Notes under the pieces: generated by a model
Database searches by the model: none
Told to the model about the DNA's origin: nothing
Seen by the model: the letters and a program-made list of their open reading frames with translations, nothing else
Program-made: the position numbers and the translations under genes
DNA from: Candidatus Magasanikbacteria bacterium RIFOXYD1_FULL_40_23
Lineage (GTDB): Bacteria > Patescibacteriota > Patescibacteriia > Magasanikbacterales > GWA2-37-8
Assembly (NCBI GenBank): GCA_001783215.1
Contig: MFRA01000008.1
Span: forward strand, 33,312 to 97,311
Direction: 5' to 3'
Length of the DNA stretch: 64,000 bases
In this document: piece by piece, positions 56,886-64,000 of the stretch
How positions within the stretch are numbered: the stretch's first letter is position 1
Layout: each line of letters begins with the position of its first letter

Positions 56886-57791
56886 ATGACTCTGAACGTG
56901 TCCGATGTTAGATCGAATGGGCCTGAGCAGATACAACATGCCGCCCAATCCTTAGGAAGATCACCGCAGAGAATTGCGGTTTTTGAAGCCATATACAAAG
57001 GTGGTAGTACGCCTAAATCTGTAAAAATTTTAGCTAATTTATGTTTGGCAGAAATTAAGGATGGGAATCATCGAGAAATAAGAATTGCGCAAGAAGCAGC
57101 CTACTTGTTTAATCATGGAATGGTCGAAAAGTACGTTGATGAAAAAACACACAAATTATGTTATAAAAAAGTTGATTTTTATAAATCACACAAAAAACAA
57201 ATAGTTGAATTCGCGAGAGATCCTAAGAAAATGAAAAAAATGATCAGCAAACGCACGCCTATTGTTCGTGAAGTTAAATCAAGAACAGTTGTATATAAAA
57301 GCCCGATAAATGCAAAACAAATTTCAATTGATGATATTGATAATTTTCTTAAAGTAAAAAAAACGGGCGGTAGTAGCGCCTCGGCCAAAACAATTTTAGA
57401 AAAAAACATAAAGAATGGCTTTAAAAAAATTATTGGCGAAACCGGTAAATTTACAGATTGGGGTGGTGAGAGAAATGATTTATTTACAACACGGGTGAGG
57501 TTAGATAAAAAAAGAATTTCAGCTGCGATAGCATTTAAGGGCCGTGCGACGCAAGGAATATTAACGCCTAAAAAGCTTGGGAAGAATGGAGATCAGATTA
57601 ATAGGCTTTTTACTAGCCCAGCCCAATTATTCCTAGTTGTTTATCATAGCGAAATTGATCAGTCGGTGCTAGAACAAATGAAAGCCTTTGCTGTTGCTGT
57701 AGGACAGGCAGGTCAAAAGATTTACTACGGAATCGTTGATGGTAAGGACTTAAATGCAATAATTACAGCTTATCCTAATTTTTTTAAATAA
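56886..57791 (+). CDS. paralogue-type HTH N-domain fused to Mrr-like (PD-(D/E)xK) restriction-nuclease-like C-domain
   Basis: SPQRIAVFEAIYKGGSTPKSV resembles mini-HTH paralogues; C-part TDWGGERNDL...ISAAIAFKGR resembles Mrr catalytic GDGGID...QAK core (tentative). Confidence 0.5.
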   Translation: MTLNVSDVRSNGPEQIQHAAQSLGRSPQRIAVFEAIYKGGSTPKSVKILANLCLAEIKDGNHREIRIAQEAAYLFNHGMVEKYVDEKTHKLCYKKVDFYKSHKKQIVEFARDPKKMKKMISKRTPIVREVKSRTVVYKSPINAKQISIDDIDNFLKVKKTGGSSASAKTILEKNIKNGFKKIIGETGKFTDWGGERNDLFTTRVRLDKKRISAAIAFKGRATQGILTPKKLGKNGDQINRLFTSPAQLFLVVYHSEIDQSVLEQMKAFAVAVGQAGQKIYYGIVDGKDLNAIITAYPNFFK

Positions 57792-57804
57792 TTAGTAGTT
57801 ACTT

Positions 57805-57996
57805 ATGGACAATAATAAAGAGCTCAATAAAAAATTGGATGCGTTAGTTGATCTTTCCTTGCATTCCCTGGTTTTTTCCATGTATATGTCTGGAAACACA
57901 ATGGATCAGATATGTAAAAATTTACACATACACAAGACACGAGTTGTAGAATTGTTGAAAGGTTTGGAAAAGAATCGACAAACAAATAATAAATAA
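57805..57996 (+). CDS. mini-HTH protein, paralogue 4
   Basis: 63 aa; KKLDALVDLSLHSLV...TRVVELLKGLEK. Confidence 0.5.
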   Translation: MDNNKELNKKLDALVDLSLHSLVFSMYMSGNTMDQICKNLHIHKTRVVELLKGLEKNRQTNNK

Positions 57997-58009
57997 TAAT
58001 CCAAACAAA

Positions 58010-58936
58010 ATGAAAAGCTACTATCGCATAATGCTTGGAAGAGGGAGTGTTTACGCTAAAGAGGCGCATGACGGTAATTATATCGGCGCTGGCTGGTTTG
58101 AGAATGTAGACTTAAGCAACGATCTTCCAGAAAATCGTAGGGATTTTAACAAAAAATTTATACCGTTATACTTGGAAAAAAATCCTGGTAAATCAAAAAT
58201 CGCCGCGGGATTGGCCTGTGGTATGTTATACACAGTGGCCAAAGGTATCTCTGCTGGTGATATTGTTTTATGCCCGGACGGGCAGCGAAATTATTGGATA
58301 GGAGAAGTTCTGGGAGATTATCAGTTTCAACCTGGCACGAACTTGCCACATAGACGCACAATTCGCTGGTTTCCCAAAGCCATACCAAGAGATGAAATGA
58401 GCGAAGCGTTGCAGTACGCAACGGGATCTATAGGTGCTGGCGCAAATGTATCTGGCTTTGCAGACGAAATTGAAAATTTTATTTCAGGAACTCGTCCAGC
58501 AACAATTATTTCAACGGATGAAACTGTTGAGGATGCGGGTATTTTTGCGCTTGAAAAACATCTAGAAGATTTCCTAGTACAAAATTGGAAATCTACAGAG
58601 CTTGGAAAGAAGTATGATATTTATGAGGAGGGTGGAGAATCTGTTGGCCAACAATATCCAAGTGATACAGGGCCTATTGATATTCTAGCGATAAGTAAAG
58701 ATAAAAAAGAGATTCTTGTGGTAGAATTAAAAAAGGGAAGGATTGGCGATGTCGTAGTTGGTCAAATACAACGTTATATGGGTTTTGTTAAAGATGAGTT
58801 AGTCGAAGACGACCAGATAGTTCGTGGTGTAATTATTGCTTTTGAAGACGATATTAAAGTGCGCCGAGCTCTTTCGGTCGCGCAAAATATTGATTTCTAC
58901 ACATACAAAGTTAGTTTTAAACTTGAGAAAAAATAA
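58010..58936 (+). CDS. PUA/EVE-like N-domain fused to NucS/RecB-type PD-(D/E)xK nuclease; candidate modification-dependent restriction enzyme
   Basis: N-part YYRIMLGRGSVYAKEA..NYIGAGW...AGDIVLCPDG...YWIGEV (PUA-like pattern); C-part GPIDILAISKDKKEILVVELKKGRIGDVVVGQIQRYMGFV (D..E.K, QxxxY). Confidence 0.55.
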   Translation: MKSYYRIMLGRGSVYAKEAHDGNYIGAGWFENVDLSNDLPENRRDFNKKFIPLYLEKNPGKSKIAAGLACGMLYTVAKGISAGDIVLCPDGQRNYWIGEVLGDYQFQPGTNLPHRRTIRWFPKAIPRDEMSEALQYATGSIGAGANVSGFADEIENFISGTRPATIISTDETVEDAGIFALEKHLEDFLVQNWKSTELGKKYDIYEEGGESVGQQYPSDTGPIDILAISKDKKEILVVELKKGRIGDVVVGQIQRYMGFVKDELVEDDQIVRGVIIAFEDDIKVRRALSVAQNIDFYTYKVSFKLEKK

Positions 58937-58937
58937 T

Positions 58938-59750
58938 ATGAACAACAAAGACGATCAAAAATTAGTCGATGATTTTCTTTTTAATTATTATACAAAGGGT
59001 GTCTCTCTTAATTTGGATGAAAGTGACTTTATTGAGCTGAAAGGAAGCCATCCTTTTCTTAATTTGTTTAATATAGATGCAGTTAAAAAAGCCATAGCAG
59101 GAAGAAATAAAATTGAGGCTGAAAATTATGAAAAAAGCAGGAATAATGTAGAAGAGCTACAAAATGTTAGCCAATATTTTAAGGATAAGGCAATCGAAGA
59201 TTTATTAGAAAAACATTTTAAAAAGGCAGGCAAAAAGGAAAAGGAGTATATTAAAAATGAGCTTGAGAGTGAATTATATAAACACAGGACTTCCGATACA
59301 TTTGATGGGGAGCTTTACATGGATTTAATAAAAGGTGTCGATGGATTTAAAACCAAGTTTTTTTGGTCAAAAATAAAAAAAGTATTAGATTATGCCTGGT
59401 TTTTATTAATAAAATTTTCAACCTTGGCTGTAGTATTGGCAATTTATGATGTAGTTTACAAAGATTTTGAAGTGGTAGTGGCAAGCATATCTATTTTAAT
59501 ATATGTTTCTTTAACGGGGTTTATACAGTTATATACATTTTATACTGATTTGCATAGGATTGAGTATCTGAACGAGTTTAATGAGCTAAAAAAGATGATT
59601 AAACCGAACTATGCGTACGAAATAAAAGAGAAGGAATTATTAACTAGTATCAATAAAATAAATAAAGGGAATGTAAAAATTTTAATAAATTTAATATTTA
59701 ACTCCATTATTTATTTAATAGCAATTTTTCATTTGCTCAGCTTACTGTGA
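58938..59750 (+). CDS. coiled-coil protein with C-terminal 2-3 TM helices (possible membrane effector)
   Basis: ATG at 58938 directly after upstream stop; ORF-track 58836 start overlaps the previous gene. Confidence 0.45.
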   Translation: MNNKDDQKLVDDFLFNYYTKGVSLNLDESDFIELKGSHPFLNLFNIDAVKKAIAGRNKIEAENYEKSRNNVEELQNVSQYFKDKAIEDLLEKHFKKAGKKEKEYIKNELESELYKHRTSDTFDGELYMDLIKGVDGFKTKFFWSKIKKVLDYAWFLLIKFSTLAVVLAIYDVVYKDFEVVVASISILIYVSLTGFIQLYTFYTDLHRIEYLNEFNELKKMIKPNYAYEIKEKELLTSINKINKGNVKILINLIFNSIIYLIAIFHLLSLL

Positions 59751-59825
59751 GTTCTAAAGAGGTTCGAGGTGTACGTATAGATACGCAATAAAAGAATTTG
59801 CCGTCAAAGAAAAACTTGAAATCGT

Positions 59826-59933
59826 CAAAAAGCGCACCGGTGGGCGGGCGGAATTCCTCCCCCAACCCCTCCTTCCGCCCGTCCCGTTATTGGGCCCCCA
59901 TAAATTCCCCTCGTAATTTTTCGTATCCCCGCT
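59826..59933. repeat. inverted-repeat B, right copy
   Basis: Reverse complement of 55964-56070; ORF 59754..60371(-) and ORF 55932..56186(+) share peptides only because they read through the repeats and are spurious. Confidence 0.85.
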
Positions 59934-60026
59934 GCGATATCCTAAATGGCTATAATAGCCATTTTTTGGTTCTAATATTGACAGGTATTCAGAATTACAG
60001 TATAACTTGCCCCAAGGAGACGCACC

Positions 60027-60464
60027 ATGTCTGAGCCAGAAAAAAACACTGCAAAATATTGCTATTGCGGAAGGCGCCATGAAACGGATGAACAGGTTCA
60101 ATCCTGTCAGTTGCTGGGCATACCTACTCCGCGGTATTTGAAGGGGGAGCAGATCCAATTCTGGGGAGGTGAGCTCATGCACAAGGCTACTATCCTTGAG
60201 CTTCAAGCGGTACGAGATCCAGACTCGGATTATGATCCTCATAATGATCCGATTTACTATTTGGTCGAAGTGCATGATGGGCACAGACCATACTGCGTTG
60301 TAAGTGAAGACGATCCGTCCCGCCCTATCACAGAGTATGATGTTGATGGTATTGTCGGAAAAATTGGTCAAGACGACCTACTGGTCAAACCACCGCAGGT
60401 GGAACGGGTGTGTTCCTTCGAGGAGCGCAACAATATTTTCGATACTGTGGTGCGCGCTGCTTAA
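60027..60464 (+). CDS. Cys-containing hypothetical protein in monocistronic cassette
   Basis: TTGACA-17-TATAAC promoter, AGGAGA SD, hairpin terminator at 60484-60505; GC higher than native genes. Confidence 0.5.
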   Translation: MSEPEKNTAKYCYCGRRHETDEQVQSCQLLGIPTPRYLKGEQIQFWGGELMHKATILELQAVRDPDSDYDPHNDPIYYLVEVHDGHRPYCVVSEDDPSRPITEYDVDGIVGKIGQDDLLVKPPQVERVCSFEERNNIFDTVVRAA

Positions 60465-60625
60465 AACACGTTGCGTCGCATTCAAAGAGCTCACTTAGGT
60501 GAGCTCGCTTTATTATATGGAGTAAATTGCAAACACTGTTTTTTCGGTGTTTTTGTTTTTAGTATTGACTTTTTATAATTATTATATTAATATCTTGTGG
60601 CCAAATAGGAAAGGGAGAACAGCCA

Positions 60626-61320
60626 TGTCAACAGGCGTTGGATTTTCTCTGCTTGATTTTCAGTTCGGCCATCTCTATGAGCATAATCATGAGAACAAAA
60701 CGACCAGAGTTTATGGGTTTACCCCAGAAACTTTCCTGCTGTTACCAGGTGGTCACACGCACTTTGGGTTTGTCCTTAGTGGGCATATTGTTTTGGGCTA
60801 TGCTAATGGTAGCAAAATGCCGCTTCCTAAAGGTTGCCATTTCTGTGTAAAAGAGGTTGCTACTGTCGAAAGTTATGGCACGGGGATTGTCAGCTCTGCG
60901 GAAGGCTTTGCTGGCATGAATCAGTTTGGTGGTCCGTTGGAAAACGAGGGCAGATTCCGGTATGTGGACGGTTGTTCCAATAGTTTGCTTGTTCACCCAT
61001 TGCGTAAGGGTGATCCTTGTTTTCATCATCTGCATTTGGATCCTCATGTCAAGGAGATGCCACATACGCACCCATCATTACGCACGCTGGTTGTGTATCG
61101 AGGGGAGGGCGAGGCAATTGTGCCTGGTTTGGATACGGTTCATATCAAAAGAGGTGACGCTTTCGTTATAGAGCCAGACTGTGTTCACAGCTTCAACACT
61201 GGAGAGGCGGGTATGAGTTTGGTTACTTACCATCCCGATAGTGTGGTTGGGTATACCGACGACAACAACCCGATGCTTAACAATACGATCTCAGGCGGTA
61301 AAAGTGCCAGACGAGATTAA
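60626..61320 (+). CDS. bicupin-fold protein
   Basis: Start at ATG 60626 preceded by AAGGGAGA and TTGACT-17-TAATAT; cupin motifs HHLHLDPH...MPHTHP and GDAFVIEPDCVHSFN; terminator gcccacttatctgcctaaagcaggtaggtgggc after stop. Confidence 0.6.
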
Positions 61321-61494
61321 GGGATGTAAAGCACCCACTGTGCCCACTTATCTGCCTAAAGCAGGTAGGTGGGCTTTTTAATTTAAATGTATTTTGAGAT
61401 GTAAATTATAACCCCTCCTGGAATACTCTTTATAGACAAAAATAATCCAAAAAGATATAATTCAAATAATAATATTTGAACCTAACTTTAACAT

Positions 61495-61803
61495 ATGCCA
61501 GAAAAAGAAGTGCCGTTAGCCATAATAATTGAAGCGTCTACAACCGTAGTCGAATTGCTATACAATATTGAGCGAGCGGGTGGAATTAAAAAAAGCAATG
61601 GAAAATTCCAAAATTTAGATGAATTACGAAATGAAATTATTCTTCCGCCAAATACAGATTTATATACAGTAAAAATTATGATAAACATTTTGCCTAGAAT
61701 TATGTCTGGAGTAACCAACACCGACGGTTTTAGAAAAAAATTATCAGAACTTTTATTGAAAGAACTGGAAGCAAAAAAATTAGAACTAGGTGGATCAAAT
61801 TAA
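61495..61803 (+). CDS. hypothetical protein (native AT-rich composition, no SD)
   Basis: 102-aa ORF. Confidence 0.4.
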   Translation: MPEKEVPLAIIIEASTTVVELLYNIERAGGIKKSNGKFQNLDELRNEIILPPNTDLYTVKIMINILPRIMSGVTNTDGFRKKLSELLLKELEAKKLELGGSN

Positions 61804-61928
61804 AATTTTACGATACGCATAAAAAGATAGCTAGCTTGGCTGTCTTTTTTAGTATAGACAAACCATATTCTTCTTGTTAAGCTCTTGTTATTCTGCAGTA
61901 CCAATCCCCGAAAGGGAAGGAGTCGACA

Positions 61929-62129
61929 ATGACCAGCGATTACGAGAGGACTGTAATTAACCCCGGTGACCTTGTTTCCAAGATGGGGTATAAAGCATGC
62001 GTGGGGAGCTATGGCAATTCGCGGGCCGTATTGATTACCCCTCAGCCCGAGGGTAAGTTTCGTGGTTTGGTTGGCCACAGGTGGAACGATCATGTTTCTG
62101 CGTGCCATGCTAGACAAGCGGGTTGTTGA
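61929..62129 (+). pseudogene. possible N-terminal fragment of the PurM-like gene (frame 0) with strong SD
   Basis: GGGAAGGAG SD then ATG 61929; frame differs by +1 from 62062 ORF and overlaps it by 68 nt. Confidence 0.3.
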
Positions 62130-63129
62130 AACAACCCAGAATGATGGCGCTGGCGGCAAGCCGCAGTTCTTTACTTTGGTGGGAACCCCAGAGGCATTTC
62201 GTATGCTGGGTTGGGAGGTTATTGTCATGTGCAATGATGATGTTGCTTGTGGCGGCGGTTTGCCCGTCGTCTTCTCGAGCAATCTAGATATCAAAGAGAT
62301 TACGGCCGAGAACCTGCACTTGTGTGAAGCGTTGATGAGTGGATTTGCCAAGGCGCTTGCCGCCTCTGGTACGGTGCTGATCACTGGTGAGACGGCCGTG
62401 ATGCGACACAGCATTACCGCCTTCTGCGATCGCAGTAATCCTGCGCAGCTCATCGTGAACTGGGCAGGAACGTGTTTGGGCCTTATGCGAACGGATAGAC
62501 CGCCGAACGGTTCTACCATTCGTCCTGGTATGGCGGTTGTTGGTTTGGGTGAAGATGGTTATCGTTGCAATGGCGGTACCGCTCTCACCAACCTGCTTTT
62601 GCAGACTTGGGGACCGCGTATTGAAGACGTGCTGGCAAGCCAAGAAGCGATGGAGTTTGCGAATCAGCTTGTGATTCCTTCACGAAGCTATGCAAGAATG
62701 CTTTCGTATCTTACCGGTTGGCAAAACAATGGCATTCCCGGCGATCCGGTTGCGCGCATTCACGGAATGGCGCACATAACGGGTGGTGGCGTGTGGAACA
62801 AGTTTCGTGAACTGCTTCCGGTGGGAGTGGGTGCGAATTTGCACAACATGCTAAATCCTCCCGAGGTTCTGCTTCGTGCTCAAGAGCTAAGTTATCGACT
62901 TGGTGGCGAGAAAGTTATTACCGACAAGCAGTGCTATGGCACATTCCACGGTGGGTGTGGTGCGTTGTTGGTAGTGGATCCGCAAGATGCAGATTTGGTT
63001 TGTTGGGAAGCGTCTAATTTTGGCCATAGAGCCACGGTTGTGGGCGAGACCACAGAATCTATCGGTAATGAGGTTGTGATTCAATCTCGTTTCCTTCGAG
63101 GCAAATTGCTTTCTTCTCTTCACGAGTAG
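62062..63129 (+). CDS. PurM-like (AIR synthase related) protein
   Basis: Aligns by eye to E. coli PurM: VIVMCNDDVACGG vs VAMCVNDLVVQGA, TGETAVM vs GGETAEM, AHITGGG vs AHLTGGG; GTG start in ORF track. Confidence 0.65.
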   Translation: MVWLATGGTIMFLRAMLDKRVVETTQNDGAGGKPQFFTLVGTPEAFRMLGWEVIVMCNDDVACGGGLPVVFSSNLDIKEITAENLHLCEALMSGFAKALAASGTVLITGETAVMRHSITAFCDRSNPAQLIVNWAGTCLGLMRTDRPPNGSTIRPGMAVVGLGEDGYRCNGGTALTNLLLQTWGPRIEDVLASQEAMEFANQLVIPSRSYARMLSYLTGWQNNGIPGDPVARIHGMAHITGGGVWNKFRELLPVGVGANLHNMLNPPEVLLRAQELSYRLGGEKVITDKQCYGTFHGGCGALLVVDPQDADLVCWEASNFGHRATVVGETTESIGNEVVIQSRFLRGKLLSSLHE

Positions 63130-63264
63130 AACAGCAGTTAAACTAGTATATTTTCTGTAAAACAAAAGGAGAAAAAGGAGGGCAATTAAAAAATCATCAA
63201 GCAGTTGGTGATTTTTTAATTTTAAAATATAGACACCGCCAATCTAAACCGCTACAATAGCTTA

Positions 63265-63684
63265 ATGATAAAACAAAAATATACTTTATATTTAGCAGCT
63301 TTTCTATTTGGAGGAGTTTTTGGTTGGGTGTTAGACACCACTTTCAGATCCCTAAGTGTTGGTTATTATACTTCCGGTACGCTTATCCCATTTTTTTCTC
63401 TTATTTTTGGCACGGGGTCGGTAATGCTCTACGGGCTCTTTCAATATCGCAATATTTCGTTTTTCTTAAGCGTTATTATCGGAACTGCACTGTCTGTATT
63501 GCTAGAACTTGGTGGGGGATCTGTTTCGCGAATGTTACTCAACTATCGTTTGTGGGACTACAGCGCCAACCCATTTAATTTTTATGGGCTTATAGATTTG
63601 GAGCATGCTTTTTACTGGTTTTTATTATCTGTTGCATATAAATTTTCTATGGATCACTCTAGCGGGCTAAAATCACGAGTGTAA
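63265..63684 (+). CDS. hypothetical 4-TM membrane protein
   Basis: ORF with hydrophobic helices. Confidence 0.45.
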   Translation: MIKQKYTLYLAAFLFGGVFGWVLDTTFRSLSVGYYTSGTLIPFFSLIFGTGSVMLYGLFQYRNISFFLSVIIGTALSVLLELGGGSVSRMLLNYRLWDYSANPFNFYGLIDLEHAFYWFLLSVAYKFSMDHSSGLKSRV

Positions 63685-63775
63685 TAACTGTAGTTTGAAG
63701 TTTAAATAGCTGTATAGACAGAAATTTGCTGTTTAGGTAGACTATCTATATTGTTTTTATCTATTTTTATTGGTA

Positions 63776-64000
63776 TGTCAGTCGGTGCGTATAAGCTTTA
63801 TAAAAAAAACAAAGGAGAAATAAAAATTACCTGGGAAGATGTGGAGCGCGACACGCTTCATATTGTGCATGCCATGGCAAAAAGTAATTTTAAGCCGGAT
63901 GTTATTATTTCTCTGGCTCGTTCCGGGCTTATTCCGGCTGCTATGATTTCGTATTGTTTGGGCAACAAACAACTATACGTTATAAAAGCTGATTTTTCTA
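63776..64000 (+). CDS. type I phosphoribosyltransferase (Gpt/Hpt-like), truncated by window end
   Basis: MSVGAYKLYKKNKGEIKITWEDVERDTLHIVHAMAKSNFKPDVIISLARSGLIPAAMISYCL resembles xanthine-guanine PRTase N-terminus; runs off the window. Confidence 0.5.

Larger units (their letters stand above)
54406..59933. mobile_element. candidate integrative and/or invertible element at tRNA-Trp: recombinase plus IR-bounded 3.7-kb cargo
   Basis: Recombinase abutting tRNA 3' end, nested inverted repeats, tightly packed cargo operon of distinct composition. Confidence 0.45.

Noticed and set aside
1-64000. CRISPR arrays, rRNA genes, prophage structural genes
   Set aside because: No regularly spaced direct repeats with unique spacers were found. 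There are no rRNA-like conserved stretches and no capsid, terminase or tail-like ORFs.

Overview
This 64-kb window comes from an AT-rich bacterial chromosome (roughly mid-30s % GC by eye) with a reduced, CPR/Patescibacteria-like gene set: a short TsaB, a DUF4012-like protein, an archaeal-type UMP kinase, and many small membrane proteins. Native genes start without Shine-Dalgarno (SD) motifs, often directly on a conserved leader element. Housekeeping content includes greA, a cold-shock protein, znuACB with a divergent zur, gatC-gatA, lgt, mscL, tsaE, rplJ-rplL with their leader, mreB, a multi-PAS histidine kinase plus receiver, holB, frr, glyQS, an M16 peptidase and tpiA. There are five tRNAs, one of which (Thr-GGU) is split by a small group I intron and abutted by a LAGLIDADG-like ORF. 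Two small ribosomal-protein genes (L28, L33) are missing from the ORF track. Four features stand out beyond this backbone. (1) At tRNA-Trp a large serine recombinase sits inside nested, near-perfect long inverted repeats (about 75, 27 and 107 bp). These bracket a tightly packed 3.7-kb cassette of four paralogous mini-HTH genes interleaved with two restriction-nuclease-like genes and a membrane protein. This is my best candidate for an undescribed invertible or mobile defence-type system. (2) An ~80-nt promoter/leader repeat family abuts the ATG of at least seven unrelated genes, with a conserved GC palindrome and a central hairpin whose stem co-varies. (3) Several compositionally foreign, SD-bearing single-gene inserts are present, two of them very GC-rich, together with a 3-kb block of monocistronic cassettes (Cys-rich unknown protein, bicupin, PurM-like). 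(4) A flavin-trafficking membrane redox module (FMN-binding protein, ApbE, membrane FNR-type reductase). No CRISPR array and no rRNA were seen. All GC values are visual estimates and no database search was possible.
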